DNA of 20,056 bases from an uncultured Planctomycetia bacterium (lineage in GTDB: Bacteria > Omnitrophota > Gorgyraeia > Duberdicusellales > 4484-171), in contig CAZHYN010000018.1 of NCBI GenBank assembly GCA_964536865.1, positions 1 through 20,056 of the forward strand, read 5' to 3'. Position 1 is the first letter of the stretch. Each line of letters starts with the position of its first letter. The notes under the pieces were generated by a model. The model was not told where the DNA came from. It did not search any database and saw nothing but the letters and a program-made list of their open reading frames with translations. Positions 5,900-14,202 of the stretch are shown here, one piece after another. Both the position numbers and the translations under genes were made by a program.

Positions 5900-6497
5900 T
5901 TTTCCTTATGAATTAGAGAGTTTGATTGAAATGTTAGCACGTTTTCCTGGAGTGGGAAGACGAAGTGCAGAAAGGATTGCTTTTTATCTTTTAGAAATGA
6001 GTGATAAGGAAGTGGATACTCTAGCAAAAAAAATTCTACAGGTTCATAAAAGTATAAGGCCTTGTAAGTTTTGTAATAATTTTTCTATTGAGGAAGTATG
6101 TTCTATTTGCTCTAACCCTAAAAGGAGAAAAGATATTATCTGTATTGTAGAGGAACCCAAAGATGTAATAGCTATCGAGAAGACTTCTCAATATGATGGG
6201 CTTTATTATGTCCTTTTAGGAGCGATAGCTCCTTTAGAAGGCGTAGGCCCTGAGAACTTAAGTATAAAAAAGCTCCTGGGTCGTCTTAAGAGGGGAGAGA
6301 TTAAGGAAGTGATAATTTCTACTGATCCAGATAACGAAGGAGAGTTAACAGCACAGTTTCTTATTAAGAAGGTTTCTCATTTTGGAGTAAAGATCTATAG
6401 GATAGGAATAGGGATTCCTTTTGGGACTCAAATCGAATACATAGATTCTGCAACTTTAGGAAGAGCTATTAGCGAGCGTAAACTAATAGAAACCTGA
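5892..6497 (+). CDS. recR: Recombination protein RecR
   Basis: 201 aa. N-terminal HhH (LARFPGVGRRSAERIAF), C4 zinc finger (CKFCNNFS...CSIC), Toprim-like C-terminal half. Overlaps the dnaX end by 8 nt. Confidence 0.93.
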   Translation: MNSFPYELESLIEMLARFPGVGRRSAERIAFYLLEMSDKEVDTLAKKILQVHKSIRPCKFCNNFSIEEVCSICSNPKRRKDIICIVEEPKDVIAIEKTSQYDGLYYVLLGAIAPLEGVGPENLSIKKLLGRLKRGEIKEVIISTDPDNEGELTAQFLIKKVSHFGVKIYRIGIGIPFGTQIEYIDSATLGRAISERKLIET

Positions 6498-6505
6498 TCT
6501 ATTTA

Positions 6506-6534
6506 TTGAAAGGATATAAGATTTATGATATTAT
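6506..6534 (+). promoter_or_regulatory. Sigma70-like promoter candidate for pta-ackA-panD-def
   Basis: TTGAAA (6506-6511), 17-nt spacer, TATTAT (6529-6534). Strong SD AAAGGAGGAG at 6556-6565 before ATG 6568. Confidence 0.5.
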
Positions 6535-6567
6535 CCTTTCCTATTAACCAAACTTAAAGGAGGAGAT

Positions 6568-7506
6568 ATGGAGAAAATAATTCAAGGTATAAGAGGACGG
6601 GCAAAAAGTAACCCTAAGAAAATAGTGTTTCCTGAACCGAATGATGAGAGAATATTGAAAGCGGTAGAGTATATAAAAAAAGAAAAGATAGCTGTTCCGC
6701 TGCTTTTAACTCAGGATAACATTGATATTAATAAACAGGAAGAGTTTGCTAATATCTTTTATGAGAGGAAAAAGGCAAAGGGAATTAGTTTTGAGGAAGC
6801 CAGAGAACTTATGGAAAATCCCCTTTACTACGGAGCAATGCTTGTAGCAGGAGGGTTTGCTGATGGTTTTGTGGCTGGAGCTACTTTTACTACTTCTTCA
6901 GTGATAAGGGCAGCTTTAAACTGTTTAGATATAGATAAAACTGTAGGGTTAGTCTCCAGTTGTTTTATTATGGCTGTGCCTAATTGTAGTTTTGGAGAGA
7001 GAGGCGTTTTTGTCTACGCAGATTGTGGGGTAATTCCTTATCCTACTTCTGAACAACTTGCTCTGATTGCTCTTTCCAGTGCTAGGTTTGCTAAGGAGGT
7101 ATTAATGTTCGAGCCCCGAGTAGCTCTTTTAAGTTTCTCTACTAAAGGAAGTGCCCAAGGACGATGGATTGATAAGGTGAAAGAAGCGGTAGAAATTGCC
7201 AGATCCAAAACCGATGAGTTTACCATCGATGGAGAACTCCAAGCAGATGCAGCGATTGTTCCTGAGGTAGCAACAATAAAGGCACCCCAGAGTGAAGTAG
7301 CTGGTTGTGCTAACGTGTTAATTTTTCCTAATCTGGATGCAGGGAATATTTGTTATAAACTTACAGAAAGATTGGCAAATGCTAAGGCGATTGGGCCTAT
7401 CGTATTGGGAACAAAACAACCCTGCAGTGATTTATCGAGAGGCTGTTCAGTAGAAGATATTATTGATTGTACAGCAATTACAGTAATAAGGGCCCAGAAA
7501 CTATGA
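6568..7506 (+). CDS. pta: Phosphate acetyltransferase (short PTA_PTB-only form)
   Basis: 312 aa. The N-terminus (KKIVFPEPNDERILKAVE) and the C-terminal IFPNLDAGNICYKL / GPIVLG match the remembered Pta signature. It sits directly upstream of ackA. Confidence 0.87.
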   Translation: MEKIIQGIRGRAKSNPKKIVFPEPNDERILKAVEYIKKEKIAVPLLLTQDNIDINKQEEFANIFYERKKAKGISFEEARELMENPLYYGAMLVAGGFADGFVAGATFTTSSVIRAALNCLDIDKTVGLVSSCFIMAVPNCSFGERGVFVYADCGVIPYPTSEQLALIALSSARFAKEVLMFEPRVALLSFSTKGSAQGRWIDKVKEAVEIARSKTDEFTIDGELQADAAIVPEVATIKAPQSEVAGCANVLIFPNLDAGNICYKLTERLANAKAIGPIVLGTKQPCSDLSRGCSVEDIIDCTAITVIRAQKL

Positions 7507-8603
7507 AGATTCTTACTATTAACTGCGGGAGTTCCTCGATAAAATATAAGCTTTATCTGTTTCCTCAAGGGGAACTTATTGGGAAGGGGTTAATCGAGCG
7601 AATTGGGGAGAAGGGATCAGCTGTCGCTAATCATACCCAAGGGATAGAGGAGGTATTTAAGGGTCTTATTGAGAGTAAAACTATTAGAGGAGCAGAGGAG
7701 ATTGCTGCTGTAGGACATCGTGTAGTCCACGGAGGAGAGAGTTTTCGCCAACCTCACTTAATTGATACTAAGGTAATAAGAAAGATAGAAGAATACGCTG
7801 AACTCGCTCCTCTTCATAATCCTGTAAACTTAGAAGGTATAAAAGGATGTATAAAGATTTTTAAAAAGAGCATTCAAGTGGCAGTTTTCGATACCGCTTT
7901 TCATGCTACCCTTCCAGATTATGCTTATCTTTATGGTATTCCTCTTAAGTATTATAAGAAGTATGGGGTTAGAAGGTATGGGTTCCATGGTAGTTCTCAT
8001 CAGTTCATTGCCAAGAGGGCTTCTCAAATTTTGAATAAGCCTTTAAGTAAGTTAAAGTTAATCACCTGCCATTTGGGCAACGGTTGTAGTATTACTGCAG
8101 TAAAGAATGGGCATTCTGTAGATACTTCTATGGGATTTACTCCTTTAGAGGGGTTGATAATGGGGACACGTTGCGGAGATATAGACTGTGCAGCTGTTCT
8201 CTATATTATGGAAAGAGAAAAGCTTTCTCCTTCTCAGATGGATAATATTTTGAATAAAGAGAGTGGTCTTTTAGGAGTTTCTGGAGTAAGTAACGATATC
8301 AGATTAATAAAGGAAGAAATTAAGAAGGGAAATAAACTTGCTAAGCTTGCTTTAGATATGTTTGTATATAGGATAGAGAAGTATATTGGAAGTTACTGGT
8401 TTATCTTAGGAGGAGCAGATGCTATATGTTTTACTGGAGGGATTGGTGAACATAATCCTGACGTTATCAATCGGATAAAGAAAGATATTAGGAAAGTGAT
8501 TTCTAGAAATACTAAAGTTTTAGTTATTCCCACAGATGAAGAACTTATGATTGCCTTCCTTACCTATCAGGTAGTAAAGAAAAGAAGCCGGAGAGTGATA
8601 TGA
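7503..8603 (+). CDS. ackA: Acetate kinase
   Basis: MKILTINCGSSSIKYKLY N-terminus, HRVVHGG, FDTAFH, RRYGFHGSSH, IPTDEELMIA. I place the start at ATG 7503 (ATGA overlap with the pta stop) rather than the track's 7467. Confidence 0.92.
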   Translation: MKILTINCGSSSIKYKLYLFPQGELIGKGLIERIGEKGSAVANHTQGIEEVFKGLIESKTIRGAEEIAAVGHRVVHGGESFRQPHLIDTKVIRKIEEYAELAPLHNPVNLEGIKGCIKIFKKSIQVAVFDTAFHATLPDYAYLYGIPLKYYKKYGVRRYGFHGSSHQFIAKRASQILNKPLSKLKLITCHLGNGCSITAVKNGHSVDTSMGFTPLEGLIMGTRCGDIDCAAVLYIMEREKLSPSQMDNILNKESGLLGVSGVSNDIRLIKEEIKKGNKLAKLALDMFVYRIEKYIGSYWFILGGADAICFTGGIGEHNPDVINRIKKDIRKVISRNTKVLVIPTDEELMIAFLTYQVVKKRSRRVI

Positions 8604-8965
8604 TGCGCATAATGTTAAAGTCAAAAATTTATTATGCTACAGTTACTGATCTGGAACTTTACTATAAAGGAAGTATAACTATTGATGAGAAGATAGTCAA
8701 AGAAGCCCAGTTGCTTGAAGGAGAAAAAGTAGAAGTTTTAAATTTAAATAATGGTTTTCGACTGGAAACTTATGTAATAAAAGGGAAGAGAGGAAGTGGA
8801 ATTATTTGTTTGAACGGTCCTGCCGCTCGTTTAGGGTTTAAAGGAGATAAATTAATAATTCTTTCCTATGTGTTGTGTACGGAAGAGGAGGCTAAGAACT
8901 TAAAAGTAAGGATGGTAGAGCTTGATGAACGTAACCAAGTTAAAAATACATACCTGGCCAAGTAA
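8600..8965 (+). CDS. panD: Aspartate 1-decarboxylase proenzyme
   Basis: 121 aa. MLKSKIYYATVT..YYKGSITID with the Gly24-Ser25 self-cleavage site. ATGA overlap with the ackA stop. Confidence 0.9.
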   Translation: MMRIMLKSKIYYATVTDLELYYKGSITIDEKIVKEAQLLEGEKVEVLNLNNGFRLETYVIKGKRGSGIICLNGPAARLGFKGDKLIILSYVLCTEEEAKNLKVRMVELDERNQVKNTYLAK

Positions 8966-9428
8966 GATTCTTCGCCAGAGGTGTAAGTTGGTAGATAAGG
9001 TGGATAAGAGAATAAAAGATCTATTTGAGCATTTATATTCTCTTATGAAGATCCATCAAGGTGTGGGGATTGCTGCAAATCAAGCAGGATTAGATTTATC
9101 TTTGATTATAGTAGAAGCGGAAGATAAGATATTTAAACTAGCCAACCCTCGTATATTAAAGAAAGAGGGCAGAATAGAGCTAAAAGAGGGATGCTTAAGT
9201 TTCCCTGGAGTAGTTGGTAAGATAAGACGGGCAGAGAAAGTTTGGGTTGAGGCTCTAGATGAGGATGGTTATCCTCTAAGTATAGAAGCTAAAGGCCTAC
9301 TGAGTGTGATCTTTCAACATGAGATAGATCATATAAATGGTATAGTGTTTGTGGATCGATTACTTTTGTGGGAGAAAATTAGAGTATTTTCTCAACTGAA
9401 TAAACTTACTAAAAGTGGATTGTCCTAA
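8922..9428 (+). CDS. def: Peptide deformylase
   Basis: Motifs GVGIAANQ, EGCLSFP and QHEIDH. The start is probably ATG 8925, and the ORF overlaps the panD 3' end by about 41-44 nt. Confidence 0.93.
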   Translation: MMNVTKLKIHTWPSKILRQRCKLVDKVDKRIKDLFEHLYSLMKIHQGVGIAANQAGLDLSLIIVEAEDKIFKLANPRILKKEGRIELKEGCLSFPGVVGKIRRAEKVWVEALDEDGYPLSIEAKGLLSVIFQHEIDHINGIVFVDRLLLWEKIRVFSQLNKLTKSGLS

Positions 9429-9618
9429 TAGAGAAGAAAATCTAAAGAGATGTAATTGTACTTATCCCGGGTGTGATAAAAAAGGAATCTGTTGTCAGTG
9501 TATCCGTTATCACTTATCTAAAGGCGAACTCCCTGCCTGTTTCTTTACCTCTGAAGCAGAGAGAACCTATGATCGTTCTTTAGAGTACTTTCTCTCTCTT
9601 CATAGAAAGAAAGACTGA
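9415..9618 (+). CDS. Small cysteine-rich protein (7 Cys in residues 3-42; possibly the family annotated DUF6485)
   Basis: 67 aa: CNCTYPGCDKKGICCQCIRYHLSKGELPACFF. GTG start overlapping the def end by 14 nt, and the ORF ends 4 nt before trxB. The family name is from memory only. Confidence 0.5.
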   Translation: MDCPNREENLKRCNCTYPGCDKKGICCQCIRYHLSKGELPACFFTSEAERTYDRSLEYFLSLHRKKD

Positions 9619-9622
9619 TGCT

Positions 9623-10546
9623 ATGGAAGAAAGAGAACTCGCTATAATTGGAGGGGGGATAGCAGGAATCTCTGCGAGTATCTATGCTAAGAGAGCAGGT
9701 CTGTCTTTATACTTATTTGAGAAAGCTACTTTGGGAGGACAGCTTATTTATATTGGAATTGTAGAGAATTATCCTGGATTGGTTCCTATGAGTGGGGCAG
9801 AGATAATAGACAATTTAAAGAGGACGCTTAATCACCTAAGGATTTCCCCAATTTATAAGGAGATAGAGAAGATAGAGATTAGAGAAAAGAAGGTATGGCT
9901 ATATTCTCAAGATGATTATTATGTAGCAAGAAGTCTAATTATTGCTACTGGTGCTAAGTTTAGGAAACTAAATTTGCCTGGGGAGGATAAGTTTCTAGGT
10001 AAAGGAATTTCTTACTGCGCAGTATGTGATGGGTTTTTCTTTAAAGATAAAACAGTAGCAGTGGTAGGGGGAGGAAATACGGCGTGCGAAGAAGCAATTT
10101 ACCTTTCTCAGTTATGTAAGAAAGTTTACCTCCTCCATCGCCGAGATACATTAAGAGCGGTAGAGTATCTTAAGAGACAAGTATTGGAGAAAGAGAATAT
10201 AGATGTAGTATGGAACACTGTAGTTAAGAAGATAGAAGGTAGTAATTTTTTGGAAGGTATTGTTATAGAGGAAGTATTAAGTAAGAAAGAGAGGTACCTA
10301 AAAGTAGATGGTCTCTTTATAGCCATTGGGCTTACCCCTAATACAGAAATCTTTGAAGGAGTAGTAGAAGGAAGAGATGGTTTTATCCTTACCGATGAAT
10401 ATCTAAAGACTTCTAGAGATTTTATTTTTGCTTGCGGTGATTGTCGCTATCGTCCTTTAAGACAATTAATTACCGCAGCTGGTGAGGGAGCAGTTGCTGC
10501 TATGAGTGCTTATCGTCTGTTGAGAGGGGATTATATAAGCTCATAA
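9623..10546 (+). CDS. trxB: Thioredoxin-disulfide reductase (low-Mr type)
   Basis: FAD motif GGGIAG, redox-active CAVCDG, NADPH motifs GGGNTACEEA and HRRDTLRA. 307 aa. Confidence 0.92.
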   Translation: MEERELAIIGGGIAGISASIYAKRAGLSLYLFEKATLGGQLIYIGIVENYPGLVPMSGAEIIDNLKRTLNHLRISPIYKEIEKIEIREKKVWLYSQDDYYVARSLIIATGAKFRKLNLPGEDKFLGKGISYCAVCDGFFFKDKTVAVVGGGNTACEEAIYLSQLCKKVYLLHRRDTLRAVEYLKRQVLEKENIDVVWNTVVKKIEGSNFLEGIVIEEVLSKKERYLKVDGLFIAIGLTPNTEIFEGVVEGRDGFILTDEYLKTSRDFIFACGDCRYRPLRQLITAAGEGAVAAMSAYRLLRGDYISS

Positions 10547-10547
10547 G

Positions 10548-11504
10548 TTGAAAAGAAAGATTTTTTTTATCTTAAGGTTTTTTTTAAGTGGTGCGATAAT
10601 TTTTGCAATTTTCAAAGTTATCCCCTGCAGGGATGTAATCTCTGTCTATCAGAGAGCCTACAAATTTTATCTCTTCTTTGGTTTTCTCTGTATCTTCCTA
10701 GGAAATATAATTGCTTCTCTAAGGTGGAGATTCGTTATTAACTCTCTGGGAGCATCTTTATCTATTAGGGAAGCGCTTTATGCTTTTTTCTCTTCCACTG
10801 CCTTTAATCTGATTTTTCCTTCTCTTTTAGCTGGAGATATATTTAGAGGATTTGCTCTTTCTACTCGCTTCAAAAACCAGACTAAGAAAGTAATTTTTTC
10901 TTTAATTATAGATAGAGCGAGTGGAATGGTAAGTTTAGCTCTATTGGTGGTTTTTTCTTACCTGATAGGGAGGAGCTTGATAAAAGAACCAGAAGTTCTG
11001 GCAGGGGTAATTCTGATGGTAATTTTAGGAGTATTTATTATTTTAGCTATTTTCAATAATTTTATCTTTTCTTTGGTAAAGAAGATATTTACTGGAAGAA
11101 AGAAAGCAAAGGAAAGAATTTATGAGTTTGAGAAAGAATTTCAGTTTTTGAGGAAGAGGCCTTCTATATTCTGGAGAACAGCTATATACTTTTCTCTCCC
11201 TATTCAGATTGTTACGGTCTTTAGTTTTTTCTTTGTGTGTAAGTCTTTTTATATAGACCTTGATTTGATTTACTTTTTTATCTTTGTTCCTATAATAATG
11301 TTAATTGCTTTTTTACCTATAACTGTTGCAGGAATAGGAACGAGGGAGGCAGCGACTGTGTACTTTTTCTCTAAGGTAGGTCTCTCTAAGCCAGTAAGCC
11401 TAGGGATGTCTTTGATGAATTTGGTTTTTATGGTTGGAATTTCCATAATAGGGGGAGTTATATATGTTATGGTATATCATCGATGGCTGGAATATTGTAA
11501 ATAA
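10548..11504 (+). CDS. Flippase-like / lysylphosphatidylglycerol-synthase-TM-domain (UPF0104) membrane protein
   Basis: 318 aa, about 8 TM helices, TTG start 1 nt after the trxB stop. Overall architecture and the SLRWRF and GIGTREAA segments resemble the UPF0104 family as I remember it. Confidence 0.55.
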   Translation: MKRKIFFILRFFLSGAIIFAIFKVIPCRDVISVYQRAYKFYLFFGFLCIFLGNIIASLRWRFVINSLGASLSIREALYAFFSSTAFNLIFPSLLAGDIFRGFALSTRFKNQTKKVIFSLIIDRASGMVSLALLVVFSYLIGRSLIKEPEVLAGVILMVILGVFIILAIFNNFIFSLVKKIFTGRKKAKERIYEFEKEFQFLRKRPSIFWRTAIYFSLPIQIVTVFSFFFVCKSFYIDLDLIYFFIFVPIIMLIAFLPITVAGIGTREAATVYFFSKVGLSKPVSLGMSLMNLVFMVGISIIGGVIYVMVYHRWLEYCK

Positions 11505-11928
11505 ACTAAAGGAATTAAAGAACGCTCCTTCTCCTTCCCAAGCATTACTCTCTTATATAAAAAAGAATAATCTCACAGGAAGTAAGAATAATAAGGTTAC
11601 AGTAGTTTTTGACGGGAGGCCAAACTTTGTTCGATACAATAAAGATACTGATTTTAATATAATGTTTAGTGGAGAAAGGAGTGCTGATGATGTTATAAAA
11701 AGAGAAGTAAGTAGATACAAAAATAAAAAGCAGATTGTAGTAGTTAGTGATGATTGGGATATAATAAATTATGCTAAGAGTGAGGGAGCAGGTTTCTTAA
11801 AAGTTAAAGATTTCCTTGAAAAGAGACGTAAGAAATCGGTTTCTTACTCCGAGAAAGTTAAAGAGATAGAATCTTCTTTGCAGAGAGAGATTACCCAAGA
11901 GTTAAAAAAAATATGGCTAAAAGAGTGA
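11464..11928 (+). CDS. NYN-domain RNase, YacP/Rae1-like
   Basis: 154 aa. N-terminal IIDGWNIV, central VVFDG, and VVVSDDWDI match the YacP (DUF901) acidic-residue pattern. Good SD (GGGGGAG, 6-nt spacing). Overlaps the upstream gene by 41 nt. Confidence 0.65.
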   Translation: MLWYIIDGWNIVNKLKELKNAPSPSQALLSYIKKNNLTGSKNNKVTVVFDGRPNFVRYNKDTDFNIMFSGERSADDVIKREVSRYKNKKQIVVVSDDWDIINYAKSEGAGFLKVKDFLEKRRKKSVSYSEKVKEIESSLQREITQELKKIWLKE

Positions 11929-12407
11929 TAGTGAGTAAGTGTCTTTTAGGATATAGATGTCGATACGATGGAAGGAGTTGTTTGGATAGGGAACTTAAGA
12001 AGTGTTTAAAGGAATGGGAGGTAGTAGGAGTCTGTCCAGAAGAGATGGGGGGATTGAGGGGAAGGCGGGGGCCATTTCAAATAAAAGGGAAAACCAGAGA
12101 AGTGATTTTAGGGAAGGCAAAAGTGGTGGATAGAAAGGGTAGAGATTTTACTAAGGAATTTTTAGAAGGTGCTTTTGCTACCTTAAAGATAGCTAAGAGT
12201 AAGGGGATTAAAATTGCTGTGTTAAAATCTCGGAGTCCTTCCTGTTCTCCAGATTATATATATGATGGTAGCTTTAAGAATAAACTAGTAAGGGGAGAGG
12301 GGCTAACTTGTTTTCTTCTTAGACGACACAGAATAAAGGTGTTTACTAGTGATGAATTTAAACGGTATATCTTTTCTCATAAAAGAGGCCAGAGTAGAAG
12401 AGGATAG
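11913..12407 (+). CDS. DUF523 family protein (TudS-like thiouracil desulfidase family)
   Basis: 164 aa. N-terminal VSKCLLGYRCRYDG plus CPE and SPSC Cys positions typical of DUF523. Confidence 0.7.
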   Translation: MAKRVIVSKCLLGYRCRYDGRSCLDRELKKCLKEWEVVGVCPEEMGGLRGRRGPFQIKGKTREVILGKAKVVDRKGRDFTKEFLEGAFATLKIAKSKGIKIAVLKSRSPSCSPDYIYDGSFKNKLVRGEGLTCFLLRRHRIKVFTSDEFKRYIFSHKRGQSRRG

Positions 12408-13386
12408 CCTAAGGGATTTTATTTATCCTGCTAAAGGAGAGAGAGTAAGACCTATCCTAAAAATCCTCTTGACTAATCGTTGTCAGGGGGAATGCAGTTA
12501 CTGTGCTAATAATAGAGATACTAACTGTTTAAGATTTTCTATTTCTCCTAAGGATTTAAGTAGATATTTTATGAATCTTTGCAGGAAGAAAATAGTAGAG
12601 GGATTGTTTGTTTCTAATGCTCTTTATAAAAATGCGAATTTTTCCCAGGAACAGATCCTAGAGACTTTGATTATCTTAAGAAAAAAAATGGGATATAAAG
12701 GTTACCTTCATGCTAAGATTCTACCAGGTTCAGATTTTGCTCTCATAAGAGAATTATTTAAATACGCTGATAGGTTATCTATAAATTTAGAATTCCCTAC
12801 CCAAAAAGACCTTTCTTTAGTTTCCAGAAAAGAACTTTATTATGATCTTATGCGGAGGTTAAAATATATAAGTAGAATCAATGAAAATAAAAGATTGAAA
12901 TCAGGGATTACTACTCAGTTTGTAGTAGGGGCTACTTCTGCTAGTGATAGAGAATACCTTACTATGAGTTCTTACCTCTATCGTAATTTGAAGTTGCGAA
13001 GGGTTTACTATAGTGGATTTGTTCCTATAAGAGGTACTCCTCTGGAAGGTTTAGCTCCCGTTAATCCTTTAAGGATAAAAAGACTTTATCAGGCTGATTT
13101 TCTTATCCGTGAATATGGGATATTGCCTTCTCAGCTTGCTTACGATAGAAAGGAAAATTTACTTTTAGATAAGGATGTTAAAGAGGCATTCGCTCTTAAA
13201 AATAGGGATTTTTACCCGGTGAATGTAAATAAAGCATCCTGGCAGGAACTGATAAAGGTTCCAGGAATTGGAAAAAACAAAGCCAGTCAGATTTTAAAAC
13301 TACGGAAGGAAGAAGGAATAACTTCTTTTGATAAATTAGAGAAGTTAAAAATTCCTATGAGAGCAAAGATATGGATTTGTTACTAA
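12349..13386 (+). CDS. Radical SAM protein with C-terminal helix-hairpin-helix (putative DNA modification/repair radical SAM family)
   Basis: CX3CX2C cluster motif CQGECSYC preceded by KILLTNRC. RLYQADFLIREYG, and C-terminal HhH ELIKVPGIGKNKASQILKLR. 345 aa. The start (GTG 12349 / ATG 12352) overlaps DUF523 by 56-59 nt. Confidence 0.75.
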   Translation: MMNLNGISFLIKEARVEEDSLRDFIYPAKGERVRPILKILLTNRCQGECSYCANNRDTNCLRFSISPKDLSRYFMNLCRKKIVEGLFVSNALYKNANFSQEQILETLIILRKKMGYKGYLHAKILPGSDFALIRELFKYADRLSINLEFPTQKDLSLVSRKELYYDLMRRLKYISRINENKRLKSGITTQFVVGATSASDREYLTMSSYLYRNLKLRRVYYSGFVPIRGTPLEGLAPVNPLRIKRLYQADFLIREYGILPSQLAYDRKENLLLDKDVKEAFALKNRDFYPVNVNKASWQELIKVPGIGKNKASQILKLRKEEGITSFDKLEKLKIPMRAKIWICY

Positions 13387-13407
13387 ATCGAAAGATTTTA
13401 TAGGGGG

Positions 13408-14178
13408 ATGGGCTTTATAAAATTCTTAGGAACAGCAGGAGCAAGATTTGTGATGATAAGGCAGTTGCGTTCATCAGGGGGGTTATGGCTCAACTATAAA
13501 TCTACTAATATAATGATTGACCCCGGTCCGGGGGCTCTCCTGAGATGTAATAGTAGCCGTCCCAAATTAGACCCCACTAGTTTAGATGGGATAATTTTAA
13601 CTCATAAACACCTCGATCATTCTAACGACATAAATGTGATGATTGAGGCAATGACCGAGGGAGGGTTTAGAAAAAGAGGGATAGTTTTTGCTCCCCGTGA
13701 TGCTTTAGATGAAGAGGGAGTATTTTTTTCCTATGTCAAAAATCTCCCAAAAGAAATCATAATTTTAAAAGAGGGAAATTATAGAATAGGAGACGTGAAG
13801 TTTGAAGTTCCTGTAAGGAATATCCATTCTGTAGAGACCTATGGGTTGAAGTTTAAGATTCAAGACCAAGTTATATCTCTGGTGTCAGATACAAAATACT
13901 TTGAGAAGCTAAGTGAGGCTTATAAGGAATCCACAGTATTAATTTTGAATGTAGTCTTTTATCAAAGAAGAGAGGATTATGAGCATCTCTGCTTAGAAGA
14001 AGCACTTAAGTTGGCAGAGAAGATAGGCCCTAAATTGACTATCTTTACTCACTTTGGAATGAGTATGCTTAAAGCTAAACCTCATCTTTTAGAGGAGAGG
14101 ATACGAAACAATTCCAAGTTAAATATAAAATTTGCCTATGATGGGTTTAACCTTGAAATTCCTTTACCAAAGAGTTAA
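13408..14178 (+). CDS. MBL-fold metallo-hydrolase (short RNase Z / PhnP-like class)
   Basis: 256 aa. FLGTAGARF...SSGG...IDPGPG N-terminus and HxHxDH motif (THKHLDHSND). The subfamily assignment is inference. Confidence 0.75.
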   Translation: MGFIKFLGTAGARFVMIRQLRSSGGLWLNYKSTNIMIDPGPGALLRCNSSRPKLDPTSLDGIILTHKHLDHSNDINVMIEAMTEGGFRKRGIVFAPRDALDEEGVFFSYVKNLPKEIIILKEGNYRIGDVKFEVPVRNIHSVETYGLKFKIQDQVISLVSDTKYFEKLSEAYKESTVLILNVVFYQRREDYEHLCLEEALKLAEKIGPKLTIFTHFGMSMLKAKPHLLEERIRNNSKLNIKFAYDGFNLEIPLPKS

Positions 14179-14202
14179 TATGGATAAGACAAACTGTGAG
14201 AT

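Noticed and set aside
6509-6539. 8-bp hairpin AAAGGATA / TATCCTTT after recR, as a possible terminator.
   Set aside because: It has a 15-nt loop, an AT-rich stem and no following T-tract, and it overlaps the better-supported pta promoter hexamers.
7467-7502. The upstream Met of the ackA ORF (track start 7467).
   Set aside because: The conserved acetate kinase N-terminus begins at MKILTINCGSSS (ATG 7503), which forms an ATGA overlap with the pta stop. The extra 12 codons lie inside pta.
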